64,000 bases of DNA from an uncultured Bacteroidota bacterium (GCA_963700635.1 CAVOYH010000004.1:608001-672000), one strand, 5' to 3'; shown: positions 33,825 to 44,765, counted from the stretch's first letter. The notes: generated from the sequence alone by a model not told the origin. A program made the numbers and translations.

Positions 33825-35171
33825 ATGAAAAAGTCTGACCTTAAGATTCTCGTCGTTGACGATGAACAGATCGTGCGTGAATCGCTGATGAAGTGGTTTC
33901 AGGAGGACGGGTTCCGGGTTGAGAGTGCCGCGGACGGCGCCTCAGCGCTTAAAAAAATCCAGTCCGAGCCGTGGAACCTGGTGCTTGCGGATATCAGGAT
34001 GCCGGGCATGGATGGTATGGAACTGCTGCACCGGATAAAGAAGATGAACCGGCAGATTGTTGTCATCGTGATCACGGCATTTGCAACGGTGGAGACGGCG
34101 GTGCAAGCCCTGAAAGAGGGCGCCTACGACTACATCACCAAGCCGATTGATCCGGAATATCTGAGTCATATTGTCGTCAATGCTCTCGAACAACAGCTGC
34201 TGAACTTCGAGAACCAGCGATTGAGGGACGCGGTCAGCGAATTGACAGCGGGGGTGGAGCTTATTGGCGATTGTCCTGAGATGCGCCGTGTCCTGGAACT
34301 CGTGCAGACCGTGGCACAGACAAATACGGTGGTGCTGGTGAAGGGAGAAATGGGCTCGGGAAAAGAGCTGGTTGCCCGCGCGATTCATCAGGGCAGCGCA
34401 CGGCGCTTTGCTCCTCTTGTGACCGTCAATTGCGGCGCACTTGCGGACTCCATGCTCGCCGATGAGTTGTTTGGCCATGAACAGAACGCATTTCCGGGCG
34501 CCCTGCAGATGCGCAAAGGGAAGATAGAATACGCCGAAGGCGGGACCCTGTTCCTGGATGAAGTGGTGAACCTGGACTACAAGATTCAGGGGGATCTGCT
34601 CCGCATCATCGAGTCAGAACAGATGATGCGGCTGGGCGGATCTGAACCGATCCGGACGGACTTCCGTCTTGTTTGCGCCACCAGTGCAGATCTGGAAGAG
34701 GCAGTCCGCTCGGGCAAATTCCGCGAGGATCTGTATTATAGAATCACCGTATTGGAGGTGGTCCTGCCTCCTCTACGGGCACGACGCGGTGATGTCGCAA
34801 AACTTGCACATTTTTTCCTTGTAAAATATGCCCGGGCAATGAATCGCACGATGAACGGATTCTCTCCGGACGCCATGCTTGCGCTCAAAGCATACGACTG
34901 GCCGGGCAATGTCCGTGAACTGCAAAATGTCATCGAACGGGCGATGGTGATTGCTCCGGGATCCATGATCAACAAGGAGCACCTCATCCTGCATACCGAT
35001 CTGCCGTCGCCCAGCACGGGAAAGAGGATGGACGATGTCGAACACCGCCACATCGAACAGATCCTCCGGGAGACAGGCTGGAACATAAGCCGCAGCGCGT
35101 CCATCCTGGACATCGACCGGGTTACGCTGTACCATAAAATCGAGAAGTATCAACTCAAACGCGAGATCTGA
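33825..35171 (+). CDS. NtrC-family REC-AAA+-HTH regulator with degenerate GAFTGA
   Basis: REC; GEMGSGKE; ELFGHEQNAFPGA; LFLDEV; FREDLYYR; WPGNVREL; Fis-type HTH. Confidence 0.92.
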   Translation: MKKSDLKILVVDDEQIVRESLMKWFQEDGFRVESAADGASALKKIQSEPWNLVLADIRMPGMDGMELLHRIKKMNRQIVVIVITAFATVETAVQALKEGAYDYITKPIDPEYLSHIVVNALEQQLLNFENQRLRDAVSELTAGVELIGDCPEMRRVLELVQTVAQTNTVVLVKGEMGSGKELVARAIHQGSARRFAPLVTVNCGALADSMLADELFGHEQNAFPGALQMRKGKIEYAEGGTLFLDEVVNLDYKIQGDLLRIIESEQMMRLGGSEPIRTDFRLVCATSADLEEAVRSGKFREDLYYRITVLEVVLPPLRARRGDVAKLAHFFLVKYARAMNRTMNGFSPDAMLALKAYDWPGNVRELQNVIERAMVIAPGSMINKEHLILHTDLPSPSTGKRMDDVEHRHIEQILRETGWNISRSASILDIDRVTLYHKIEKYQLKREI

Positions 35172-35219
35172 AACCTTCACCATTGTCCATCCCGATAGTT
35201 GCCCTCCTTCGGGGCTTCG

Positions 35220-35248
35220 TTGACTTTCAGGCCCCCTTTGCGTATTTT
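35220..35248 (+). promoter_or_regulatory. Putative sigma70 promoter of the lpdA operon
   Basis: TTGACT-N17-TATTTT. Confidence 0.55.
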
Positions 35249-35288
35249 CTTAGACTTTCATCTGATTTTTGTTCTTTGCGAGGAATGC

Positions 35289-36686
35289 ATGCCACAAACC
35301 CAGTATGACATCGTGATTGTGGGCGGGGGACCGGGTGGATACACTGCCGCGATCCGGGCAGCCCAGCTCGGGATGCACGCAGCCATCGTCGAGCGCGATC
35401 GGCTCGGTGGAGTGTGCCTGAATTGGGGGTGTATCCCGACCAAGGCCCTGCTCCGAAACGCTGAGGTCCTCTCCCTTTTCCAGCATGCCGATGAGTGGGG
35501 TATCTCATTCGAGAACCTCCGAGTTGACTTCCCGCGTGTCATCAAACGCAGCAGGGGGATAGCCGACCGCATCTCCAAAGGGGTGGAGTTCCTCATGAAG
35601 AAGAACACCATCACGGTCATCCCTGGCGTGGCCCGGCTCCTCTCCGCCGATACCCTTGAGATCCGTGCCGAGGGAAAAACAACATCGACGGTGAAGGCGA
35701 AACACATCATCCTCGCCCCCGGTGCCCGGCCCAGACCGCTTCCCAACGTACCCATAGACCGTAAACAGATTCTTACAAGCACGGAAGCGATGACCTTGCC
35801 CTCGCTTCCTTCCTCCATGATCATCATCGGCGCCGGCGCCATCGGCGTCGAATTTGCCTCCCTGTACAATACGTTCGGCACCCGCGTCACTATCGTAGAA
35901 ATGATGCCTTCCGTCCTCCCGATGGAAGACAGTGAACTCACGAAAATTCTTGCTTCAAGCTTTACGAAACGGGGCATGGAACTTCTGACAGAAACCAGGG
36001 TTGAAAGCGCTCAGACCGATGAAAAGGGCGTGACGGTTCAGGTTCAGACTCCAGGCGGCGGGCGTGCGCTCTCGGCCGATGTTGCCCTCGTCGCAATAGG
36101 TGTCCAGGGAAATGTTGAGAACCTCGGACTGGAAACGCTCGGTGTCAGGACTGAACGGTCACATATTGTCGTGGACAAACAGTACCGCACGAGCGTGCCC
36201 GGCGTCTATGCGATCGGCGATGTTATCGGACCACCGTGGCTCGCACATGTTGCCGCAGCGGAAGGAATCAGCTGCGTGGAAGGGATTGCCGGGCGGGAAA
36301 CCGCCGGGGTCGATTATTCGAATGTTCCGGGGTGTACATACTGTACGCCACAGCTCGCCAGTGTCGGTTTTACCGAAGATGTGGCGAAGGCAGAAGGATA
36401 TGAAGTGAAGATAGGGCGCTTCCCCTATCGTCCGCTCGGCAAGGCCATGGCCATTGGTGAAACTGAAGGTATGGTGAAGCTGGTCTTTGATGCCCGGTAC
36501 GGTGAACTTCTGGGTGCGCACATTCTCGGCGCCGATGCGACAGAGCTTATAGCGGAAGCGGTGCTGGCCAGACGCATGGAGGCGACCGGGCCTGATATCT
36601 ACCGGACGATTCACGCACATCCCACACTCAGCGAAGCAATTATGGAAGCAGCGGCGGCGGCCTATGGTGAAGCAATCAGTATCTGA
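35289..36686 (+). CDS. lpdA: Dihydrolipoyl dehydrogenase (E3)
   Basis: GGGPGGY, GGVCLNWGCIPTK, GAGAIG, HAHPTLSE. Confidence 0.96.
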   Translation: MPQTQYDIVIVGGGPGGYTAAIRAAQLGMHAAIVERDRLGGVCLNWGCIPTKALLRNAEVLSLFQHADEWGISFENLRVDFPRVIKRSRGIADRISKGVEFLMKKNTITVIPGVARLLSADTLEIRAEGKTTSTVKAKHIILAPGARPRPLPNVPIDRKQILTSTEAMTLPSLPSSMIIIGAGAIGVEFASLYNTFGTRVTIVEMMPSVLPMEDSELTKILASSFTKRGMELLTETRVESAQTDEKGVTVQVQTPGGGRALSADVALVAIGVQGNVENLGLETLGVRTERSHIVVDKQYRTSVPGVYAIGDVIGPPWLAHVAAAEGISCVEGIAGRETAGVDYSNVPGCTYCTPQLASVGFTEDVAKAEGYEVKIGRFPYRPLGKAMAIGETEGMVKLVFDARYGELLGAHILGADATELIAEAVLARRMEATGPDIYRTIHAHPTLSEAIMEAAAAAYGEAISI

Positions 36687-37365
36687 CCCCCCCCGCGGTG
36701 GTGCGCTTGTCGTCAACCGTCTCGGACGAACGCCGTACCGGGAGTGCTGGGAAGTGCAACAACTTCTCTTTGCACGCCGGCTCGCAGGCGAGATTCCAGA
36801 CACGCTCCTGTTGACCGAACATGAGCATGTGTACACGCTGGGCACGGCCGCCCGTTCGGAACACCTGCTGGCGGATGCTGATCGGCTGCGCTCGAGCGGG
36901 ACCGATGTGGTCGCCGTTGATCGTGGCGGCGATATCACATATCATGGGCCCGGCCAGCTTATCGCGTACCCTATTCTGGACCTGTCAAACCACGGACGTG
37001 ATCTTGACACATATCTCCGGCGGCTCGAGGAGGTGGTCATCCGGCTCCTCGGCCGGGTCGGCATCCGCGCTTCCCGCGTGGCGGGATATACAGGAGTGTG
37101 GGCTGCGGGCGATAAAATCTGCGCCATTGGAATTAAATCGAGCCGGTGGGTTACCATGCACGGGCTTGCACTTAATGTCACAACGGATCTCTCCTTCTTC
37201 AGAGGAATAATCCCGTGTGGCATCTTTGACCGCGGTGTGACATCGATTCTGGATTTGACGGGCGTCGCGCACTCGCTGACTCTTCTCGAAGACATAATGA
37301 TTGAAGAATTTGCGGCGGCGTTCGGCTGTCAGGTACAACACGAATCCCTCCACGTAGAAAGGTGA
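36664..37365 (+). CDS. lipB: Octanoyltransferase
   Basis: EHEHVYTLG, DRGGDITYHGPGQ, KICAIG, HGLALN, IIPCG. Confidence 0.95.
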   Translation: MVKQSVSDPPRGGALVVNRLGRTPYRECWEVQQLLFARRLAGEIPDTLLLTEHEHVYTLGTAARSEHLLADADRLRSSGTDVVAVDRGGDITYHGPGQLIAYPILDLSNHGRDLDTYLRRLEEVVIRLLGRVGIRASRVAGYTGVWAAGDKICAIGIKSSRWVTMHGLALNVTTDLSFFRGIIPCGIFDRGVTSILDLTGVAHSLTLLEDIMIEEFAAAFGCQVQHESLHVER

Positions 37366-37369
37366 TGGT

Positions 37370-39379
37370 GTGACATACTCACCGGAACAGTTGCGCGGTG
37401 CCTATACGAACGCCGTTGCTGCGCGGCTGATGGACGCGAAAATTCTGATTCTCCTGAAACAGGGGAAAGTGTTTTTTCATATCGGCTGCTCCGGCCATGA
37501 AGTCGCACAGGTGGCAATGGCAATGACTCTTCAGCCCGGGAAAGACTGGTCATACCCGTATTACCGTGACATGGGTTTCGCGTTGCAGTGCGGCTATACG
37601 ATTGAAGAGATCATGCTCGACGCCATGCACCGCGCAGGGAGCATCAGCAGCAACGGGTATTCCATGCCCTTTCACTATGGGCACAAACAGCTCCGCATGG
37701 TGGCACAGTCCAGCCCCACCGGAACTCAGTACCTTCAGGCAGTTGGTACGGCAATGGGCATTCAGAAAGACGGACTGGACGAGGTTGTGTATGTTTCCTC
37801 CGGTGAAGGAGCAACGAGCGAAGGTGAGTTTCATGAAGCCGTCAACTGGGCCGCACGTCAGCGCCTGCCGGTGGTGTTTTTTATCCAGAACAATCGGTAT
37901 GCAATATCCGTCCCGGTGCATGACCAGATTGCAGGAAGTTCCGTCTACAAAATGGTCCAGGGATACGAAGGCCTTCATCGCCTTGAGGTTGATGGCTGCG
38001 ACTTCAGCGCAATGCTGAACACTGCAACCGAAGCCGTGGGGATTGCGCGGCGCGGGGAAGGCCCGGTCCTCATTGAAGCCGAAACCGTCCGTCTCCTGCC
38101 CCACTCTTCCTCCGATGATCAGCGGAAATACCGGGATGCGGAAGATCTTGAACAGGACAAACAACGTGATCCGCTTCCGAAGATGGAGGAATACCTGTGT
38201 GCGCAGGGAATTCTGAAGGCGGAAGACATACAGCGCATCCGCGGCGAAGTGCAGGAGCGCATCGACCGCGCGGCGGAGGCCACCGAAAAAATTCCTGTGG
38301 CCGACCCGGCCGAAGTGGAAAAATTTGTCTATGCTCCCGCCGGCGAACCCGGCAGACGCACCGACCCTGAGCTTTCCGAAGCAGGCCCGCGCGTTGTGAT
38401 GGTGGATGCCATCAATCATGCGCTCGCGGAAGAGCTGGAACACAATCCGGGCATGCTCATCTATGGTGAGGATGTCGGAGGAGATAAGGGCGGGGTATTT
38501 ACCGCGACCAGGGGATTGGCCGCCAGGTTCGGGGCTGATCGAGTCTTCAACTCACCCCTGGCAGAGGCAAGCATCGTCGGCACCGCTTTTGGACTCGCCG
38601 TGCGCGGTGGAAACAAACCGGTTGTGGAGATTCAATTCGGCGACTATATATGGCCGGCATTCATGCAGATTCGGAATGAGGTGGCGATGCTCCGGTATCG
38701 CTCCTACAACCAGTGGAGCTGTCCGATGGTTATCCGGGTTGCGGTCGGAGGTTACATCCATGGCGGACTTTATCACAGCCAGTCGATCGAGAGTTTCTTC
38801 ACGCATATACCCGGTCTGCGCGTGGTGTTTCCCTCCACCGCAGCCGATGCAAAAGGTCTGCTGAAGACGGCGTGCCGGTCGGATGATCCTGTGTTGTTTT
38901 GTGAGCACAAGGGACTCTATCGCCAGGGCTTCGCGTCGAGCCCGGAACCTCCTGCCGATTATCTTCTTCCTTTCGGACTTGCGGCGATCCGGAAGCCCGG
39001 AGAAGATCTTACGGTGATCACGTGGGGGATGCTGGTTCAGCGTTCGCTCGAGGCCGCGCGTAAAGCCGAAGCCCGGCTCGGTGGAAGCGTTGAAGTGATC
39101 GACCTGCGAACGCTTAATCCGCTGGACAAGGAGACCATTATCGGGTCAGTGAGAAAAACCGGGAAAGTGCTTATTGTGCACGAAGACACCCTGACGGGCG
39201 GATTCGGCGCTGAAATTGCCGCCATTGTGGCCGCGGAAGCGTTTGACCGGTTGGATGCGCCGGTAATGCGCGTTGCGGCAAAAGATGCACCCATACCGTA
39301 CGCGCCCGTCCTGGAAAACGCAATGTTGCCCCAGGAAGCTGATGTGCTGGCGGCGATCGAAACGATGTTACGGTACTAA
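37370..39379 (+). CDS. 2-oxoacid dehydrogenase E1, fused alpha/beta (probably 2-oxoisovalerate type)
   Basis: PYYRD, GEGATSEG, NN.YAIS, HSSSDD, then GEDV, PLAEA, EIQFGDY, HSQS. Confidence 0.9.
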   Translation: MTYSPEQLRGAYTNAVAARLMDAKILILLKQGKVFFHIGCSGHEVAQVAMAMTLQPGKDWSYPYYRDMGFALQCGYTIEEIMLDAMHRAGSISSNGYSMPFHYGHKQLRMVAQSSPTGTQYLQAVGTAMGIQKDGLDEVVYVSSGEGATSEGEFHEAVNWAARQRLPVVFFIQNNRYAISVPVHDQIAGSSVYKMVQGYEGLHRLEVDGCDFSAMLNTATEAVGIARRGEGPVLIEAETVRLLPHSSSDDQRKYRDAEDLEQDKQRDPLPKMEEYLCAQGILKAEDIQRIRGEVQERIDRAAEATEKIPVADPAEVEKFVYAPAGEPGRRTDPELSEAGPRVVMVDAINHALAEELEHNPGMLIYGEDVGGDKGGVFTATRGLAARFGADRVFNSPLAEASIVGTAFGLAVRGGNKPVVEIQFGDYIWPAFMQIRNEVAMLRYRSYNQWSCPMVIRVAVGGYIHGGLYHSQSIESFFTHIPGLRVVFPSTAADAKGLLKTACRSDDPVLFCEHKGLYRQGFASSPEPPADYLLPFGLAAIRKPGEDLTVITWGMLVQRSLEAARKAEARLGGSVEVIDLRTLNPLDKETIIGSVRKTGKVLIVHEDTLTGGFGAEIAAIVAAEAFDRLDAPVMRVAAKDAPIPYAPVLENAMLPQEADVLAAIETMLRY

Positions 39380-39439
39380 AGTGAAGACGGGAACAAGGGA
39401 GGGAAGAATACACTGCAGAACGATAAAGCAGAAACGCTG

Positions 39440-40408
39440 ATGGCGGCTGACTTGACACGGACACAACTGCTCGAGCTCTTCTACTATCTGCGTCTTACCC
39501 GTGCATGTGATGATGCCATCCTCCGCCTCTACAAACAGGGGAAAATGGTGGGTGGCGCGTACACCGGCAATGGAAACGAAGCAACCGCGGTCGGGAGTGC
39601 CTATGCGCTCCGCAAGGAGGACTACCTCTTTCCCATGCACCGTGACCTGGGAGCCCACCTTGTGAAGGGGCAATCGCTCGCGAATATCTTTCTCCAACAG
39701 CTCGGGCGTGCCGGGAGTCTGACCGGGGGGCGTGATGGGACGGGGCATTATGCCGACCCGGCACTCCGGATCTACGGTAATGTGAGTCATCTCGCGGCGA
39801 TGATCCCGGTGGCAGTGGGCGCCGCGCTGGCCTCTCGTATGAAACGGCAGAATGCTGTCGTGCTCAACTACATCGGCGATGGCGGGTGCAACGTCGGTGA
39901 TTTTCACGAAGGGTTGAATATGGCGGCGGTCATGAAACTGCCGTTCGTGCTGATCGTTGAAAACAACCAGTTCGCTTACTCAACGCCCGTCAGCCGGCAG
40001 CACGCGGCGACCCGGATTTCTGACCGGGCTTCCGGGTACGGAATCCCCGGTGTGACGATCGACGGAACCGACATCCTGCTGGTGTACGAGACGACGCGGG
40101 AAGCGGTGGCGCGCGCGCGGCGGGGTGAGGGTCCGACCCTGATTGAGTCTGTAACAATGCGGATGCACGGACACTCGGCGTCCGATGATGCCTCCTATGT
40201 CCCTCAGGATTTGCTTAAACGATGGCGGGACAAAGATCCCGTCCAGCAGTTCGAACAGGTCCTGCTCTCGGGGAAGACCGTGACCCCCGCTGAAAGAGAT
40301 TCTCTGGACCAGCGGATTCATGAGGAAATAGAAGCGGCACTCCACGCCGCGATGGAAGATCCTTTTCCTGTTCCCGACGGTGTGACGGAAGGGGTGTACG
40401 CTCCCTGA
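39440..40408 (+). CDS. 2-oxoacid dehydrogenase E1 alpha subunit
   Basis: GDGGCNVGDFHEGLN, ENNQFAYS, RMHGHS. Confidence 0.9.
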   Translation: MAADLTRTQLLELFYYLRLTRACDDAILRLYKQGKMVGGAYTGNGNEATAVGSAYALRKEDYLFPMHRDLGAHLVKGQSLANIFLQQLGRAGSLTGGRDGTGHYADPALRIYGNVSHLAAMIPVAVGAALASRMKRQNAVVLNYIGDGGCNVGDFHEGLNMAAVMKLPFVLIVENNQFAYSTPVSRQHAATRISDRASGYGIPGVTIDGTDILLVYETTREAVARARRGEGPTLIESVTMRMHGHSASDDASYVPQDLLKRWRDKDPVQQFEQVLLSGKTVTPAERDSLDQRIHEEIEAALHAAMEDPFPVPDGVTEGVYAP

Positions 40409-41385
40409 TGGCAACGATGACGTATATAGAGGCACTTGCCCGGGGCATGTGGGAGGAGATGGAACGTGATCCCTCGGTGTTCCTTATCGGGGAAGATATC
40501 GGTGCGTATGGCGGGGCGTTCAAGGCGACAAAGGGATTCCGGGACCACTTCGGCGAAGAACGTGTGATCGATGCAACCCTCGCCGAAGCCGCCATCGTGG
40601 GCGCTTCCGTTGGCGCTGCGTTACTCGGCATGCGGCCGGTTGCCGAGATGCAGTTTGCCGATTTTGTGACCTGCGGTTTTAATCAGCTCGTGGTTAATGC
40701 CGCAAAAACCCACTACCGCTGGCACATCCCCGTTCCCATGGTCGTCCGCCTCCCGACCGGCGGTTACATTCACGGCGGGCCGTATCATTCATCAAGCCCT
40801 GAGGCATGGTTCCACCATGTGCCCGGACTGAAGATCGTGGCGCCTTCGACGCCATACGACGCCAAAGGACTGATGAAAGCGGCGATACGCGACAATAATC
40901 CGGTGATCTTCCTGGAATTCAAATACCTCTACCGGCGGATCAAGGGTGATGTGCCGGAAGAGGAGTATGTCGTGCCGATCGGAAAAGGCGAAATCAGGCG
41001 AAGCGGCCAGGATCTCGCCGTCATCACGTACGGTTCAACGACACATTTTGCCCTCGAAGCGGCCGGCCAACTGTCGGAGCGGGAGGGAATCGAGGCGACT
41101 GTTGTCGATCTGCGATCTCTTGCGCCGTTCGACAAAGAGCTGATACGGGAGGTCGTCGGGCAGACCGGCAAGGTGCTCGTGGTTCACGAGGACAACCTGA
41201 CAGGCGGCATTGGCGCGGAGATCGCCGCATGGATTGCCGAGGAGGCTTTCCAGGCACTCGACGCGCCGGTCCGGAGAATCGGCGCTGCCGATGTTCCAAT
41301 TCCCTTTGCACCTCCTCTGGAAGAGGCCGTGCTTCCCACGACAGCCGGTATTCTTACGGCAATGCACGAGCTTGCACGTTACTAA
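40408..41385 (+). CDS. 2-oxoacid dehydrogenase E1 beta subunit
   Basis: GEDIG, EMQFADF, GPYHS, DLRSL. Confidence 0.92.
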   Translation: MATMTYIEALARGMWEEMERDPSVFLIGEDIGAYGGAFKATKGFRDHFGEERVIDATLAEAAIVGASVGAALLGMRPVAEMQFADFVTCGFNQLVVNAAKTHYRWHIPVPMVVRLPTGGYIHGGPYHSSSPEAWFHHVPGLKIVAPSTPYDAKGLMKAAIRDNNPVIFLEFKYLYRRIKGDVPEEEYVVPIGKGEIRRSGQDLAVITYGSTTHFALEAAGQLSEREGIEATVVDLRSLAPFDKELIREVVGQTGKVLVVHEDNLTGGIGAEIAAWIAEEAFQALDAPVRRIGAADVPIPFAPPLEEAVLPTTAGILTAMHELARY

Positions 41386-41405
41386 CACTATCAGGACGGA
41401 AACGA

Positions 41406-42728
41406 ATGGCACGGATTGAAGTGATCATGCCCCAGATGGGCGAGAGCATCGCCGAAGGTACCATCGTTAAATGGCACAAAAACATCGGTGATTCCGTCAA
41501 GAAGGATGAGACCCTGCTCGAAATCAGCACCGACAAGGTTGACTCCGAAATTCCATCACCTTCCGCAGGAATTCTCGTGGAGATCGTCGTACAGGAGCAG
41601 GCCACGGTGGCTGTGCAAACGGTCATCGCCTACCTGGAGACGGACGCGGCGAACGCAGTCCTTGTGCGCGAGTCCGGAAAAGGAACCAAAGGGGCGGATC
41701 AGGGTGGCCCGACGCCGGCTGCGGCAACGAGCTCGGGCGCCGCATCTGCAGCAGCGCCCGGGGCGACTGCATCCCCCGCCGGACCGACGACACAGCAGTC
41801 CCCGCCGGGCAAGGGGAGATTCTATTCTCCGCTCGTTCTGTCGATCGCGCGCACCGAAGGGGTGCAGATGGACGAACTGGAGAGGATTCCGGGAACCGGC
41901 GAAGGTGGCCGTGTATCAAAAAAGGACATTCTGGGTTACGTGCGGGCGAAGAAGAGCGGCCGGGTGCCGTCTCCAGCGCCCGTGGCAAAACATGTGCAGG
42001 TCTCCGAACCGGCTGCGGTCGCCCGGAGTCAGGATGATGAGAGTATTACGATGACCAATGTCCAGCAAAAGATGGCCCAGCATATGGTGACGAGCATTCG
42101 CACGTCCCCTCATGTTGCCGCGATTCATGAAGTTGACATGACCGTTGTCGTGAAACACCGTAGGGAGCATCTTGGCGCATTCGAACAGACCGAAGGATTT
42201 AAGCTCACGTACACTCCGTACATCATCGATGCGGTTGTACGGGCGATCAAAAAGTATCCCCTTATCAATTCCTCCGTGGACGGGACAACGATCATTCGAA
42301 AAAGCGCGATAAACATCGGCATTGCTGTCGCGTCCGAGAACGGCCTCATCGTCCCGGTCATCAAACATGCCGAAGAAAAAAGTCTTCTCGGTATTGCCCG
42401 CGCGGTCCATGACCTTGCGGAACGGACCCGGACTCGCCGGTTAATGCCGGACGATATCCAGGGCGGCACGTTCACCATCTCCAATTACGGCGTCTTCGGA
42501 ACGGTCGTCGGCACTCCCATTATCTACCAACCCCAGATCGCCATTCTGGGAACCGGCGCGATTGTCAAACGTCCGATGGTGATCAATGATGCGATCGCTA
42601 TTCGTTCGGTGGCCTACTTCACGTTGTCGTTTGATCATCGCGTCGTGGACGGCATGCTGGGTGGAATGTTCATCGATGCCATCGTGAAGGAGCTTGAGGG
42701 ATTTGATGGCGAAAGCGAGATCAAATAA
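41406..42728 (+). CDS. Dihydrolipoamide acyltransferase E2 (single lipoyl domain)
   Basis: MPQMGES, STDKVD lipoyl Lys, E3-binding domain, [16 protein letters not shown]. Confidence 0.94.
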   Translation: MARIEVIMPQMGESIAEGTIVKWHKNIGDSVKKDETLLEISTDKVDSEIPSPSAGILVEIVVQEQATVAVQTVIAYLETDAANAVLVRESGKGTKGADQGGPTPAAATSSGAASAAAPGATASPAGPTTQQSPPGKGRFYSPLVLSIARTEGVQMDELERIPGTGEGGRVSKKDILGYVRAKKSGRVPSPAPVAKHVQVSEPAAVARSQDDESITMTNVQQKMAQHMVTSIRTSPHVAAIHEVDMTVVVKHRREHLGAFEQTEGFKLTYTPYIIDAVVRAIKKYPLINSSVDGTTIIRKSAINIGIAVASENGLIVPVIKHAEEKSLLGIARAVHDLAERTRTRRLMPDDIQGGTFTISNYGVFGTVVGTPIIYQPQIAILGTGAIVKRPMVINDAIAIRSVAYFTLSFDHRVVDGMLGGMFIDAIVKELEGFDGESEIK

Positions 42729-42814
42729 GGGATGAGATGCGGGGCCGGGTTGCGGAGACCGGGACACGAAGAGTGCCCGGAGCCGGAAGGAGAGAGGCCG
42801 ACAAAGAAGGAGTG

Positions 42815-43708
42815 ATGATGGAACGGGAAGGTACGGTGGCGCAGGAAAAGGGGGAGAGGTTGCAGCGGCCGGAGTGGCTGAAGGTGCGTCTGGCCTCCGG
42901 GGAGAAATACGCCCGGGTGAAATCACTGGTACAGGGACATCGGTTGCACACCGTCTGCGAAGAAGCGCGGTGTCCGAATATGGGAGAGTGCTGGAACGCC
43001 GGGACGGCCACGTTTATGATCCTCGGCGATGTATGCACACGCTCCTGCGGATTCTGCGCGGTCAAAACCGGCCGTCCGGAATATCTGGATCGTGAAGAAC
43101 CTGCCCGTGTCGCAGCGGCAATCAAGACCATGGGTGTGCGTCACGCAGTCATTACGTCGGTGAACCGGGATGAACTTGCAGACGGGGGAGCGGGTATCTT
43201 TGCTGAAACCATTCGGTTGTCGCGGGGACTCAATCCCGGACTCACGGTAGAGGTCTTGATTCCCGATTTCAGGGGAGATGCAGAGGCGCTCCGGACGGTT
43301 GCGGAGGCGTGCCCCGATATCCTCAACCACAACACGGAAACCGTGCCGCGGTTGTACGGGGCGGTGAGGCCGCAGGCGAAGTACACCCGGAGTCTCGAGC
43401 TGCTTGATCGCGCCAAACGGATGGGCATGGTGACCAAAAGCGGGCTTATGCTGGGATTGGGCGAAGACAGGGAAGAAATTGTGAAGGTCATGAGTGATCT
43501 GCGGGGCGTCGAGTGTGATCTGCTGACGCTCGGGCAGTATCTTCAGCCGACGCGGGAACACCTTCCGGTGGACCGTTATGTTCATCCTGATGAATTTCGC
43601 TGGCTCAAGGAGCGGGGACTGGAGATGGGGTTCGGTCATGTAGAATCGGGACCGCTTGTACGGAGCTCCTACCATGCCGCGGCACACATTTCTCCCCCGG
43701 AATCTTGA
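42815..43708 (+). CDS. lipA: Lipoyl synthase
   Basis: [26 protein letters not shown]. Confidence 0.96.
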   Translation: MMEREGTVAQEKGERLQRPEWLKVRLASGEKYARVKSLVQGHRLHTVCEEARCPNMGECWNAGTATFMILGDVCTRSCGFCAVKTGRPEYLDREEPARVAAAIKTMGVRHAVITSVNRDELADGGAGIFAETIRLSRGLNPGLTVEVLIPDFRGDAEALRTVAEACPDILNHNTETVPRLYGAVRPQAKYTRSLELLDRAKRMGMVTKSGLMLGLGEDREEIVKVMSDLRGVECDLLTLGQYLQPTREHLPVDRYVHPDEFRWLKERGLEMGFGHVESGPLVRSSYHAAAHISPPES

Positions 43709-43733
43709 CATTTGTGGCATTTTTGGTTACCTT
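43705..43733 (+). promoter_or_regulatory. sigma70 promoter of rplM
   Basis: TTGACA-N17-TACCTT. Confidence 0.7.
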
Positions 43734-43784
43734 TTTAAGCTCATTGATTATCTTCATGCTTCACACACAGCAGGAGCACGATTC

Positions 43785-44222
43785 GTGGACAAGGCAACGC
43801 GCTTTTTCACCGTGAAAGACACGGAGCAAAAATGGCATCTGGTTGATGCCGAAGGCAAGACCCTGGGCCGGATTGCGACAGAGATTGCCCGCTTGTTGCG
43901 GGGCAAGCACAAGCCGGAATTTACGCCCAATGCGGATCTGGGCGACTTTGTTGTGGTGGTCAACGCCTCCAAAGTACGGCTTACCGGCAAACGCGCCGAG
44001 TTGAAACAGTATTTTCACTATACCGGGTATCCCGGTGGCGGGACCTGGGAGAAATTTCAGGATGTGTTGCGCAAACATCCGGAGCGCGTGTTCGAACACG
44101 CGATCAAGGGAATGCTGCCACACAACCGGCTGGGCCGGCAGATCTTCAAGAAGTTGAAAGTCTATCCGGGCGCGGCGCATCCTCATGCCGCACAGCAACC
44201 GCAGCCCTACCAGGTGTCATGA
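43785..44222 (+). CDS. rplM: 50S ribosomal protein L13
   Basis: LGRIA..LRGKHKP.FTP..D.GD, GMLP, HPHAAQ. Confidence 0.97.
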   Translation: MDKATRFFTVKDTEQKWHLVDAEGKTLGRIATEIARLLRGKHKPEFTPNADLGDFVVVVNASKVRLTGKRAELKQYFHYTGYPGGGTWEKFQDVLRKHPERVFEHAIKGMLPHNRLGRQIFKKLKVYPGAAHPHAAQQPQPYQVS

Positions 44223-44261
44223 TCAATCTGACAGGAGTCTGACCGCAGTATGCATACACAC

Positions 44262-44642
44262 ATGTCAACAGCCGTCGGCCGACGGAAAACCTCAGTGGCC
44301 CGGGTTATCATGGTGCCGGGCACCGGCAAGATTACCGTCAACCGGCGTGCACTCGAGAATTTTTTCCCACTTGAAACTCTCCGCGCTGATGTTTTAAAGC
44401 CTTTCGAGGCGACGCAATTGACCGGAAAATATGATGTGCGGGTCAACGTGGAGGGCGGTGGAAGCACAGGCCAGGCGGGAGCAATCAAGCTGGGCATTGC
44501 CCGGGCTCTCGTTGCGCTGAGTGAAGACCACAAGCAGCCGCTTCGTGCTGCAGGCCTTCTCACCCGCGATCCCCGTATGGTGGAGCGTAAAAAATACGGG
44601 CAGAAAAAGGCCCGCAAGAGATTCCAGTTCTCGAAACGGTAA
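44262..44642 (+). CDS. rpsI: 30S ribosomal protein S9
   Basis: [30 protein letters not shown]. Confidence 0.97.
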   Translation: MSTAVGRRKTSVARVIMVPGTGKITVNRRALENFFPLETLRADVLKPFEATQLTGKYDVRVNVEGGGSTGQAGAIKLGIARALVALSEDHKQPLRAAGLLTRDPRMVERKKYGQKKARKRFQFSKR

Positions 44643-44674
44643 TCGTTTCGGAAGTGGTGCTGTAAAAAAAGCAT

Positions 44675-44765
44675 ACCCTTGGATTCCGCCGGCCGTGTCC
44701 CGTACCGATGTACAGGATTCCGGCGGGAAGTGAAGAGGGTAGAAGATCAACACAACCAGGAGTAC
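44675..44765 (+). promoter_or_regulatory. Structured rpsB 5' leader (possible S2 autoregulatory element)
   Basis: Long stem TCCGCCGG...CCGGCGGG inside a CCCT...AGGG outer stem, directly upstream of the rpsB SD. Confidence 0.4.
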
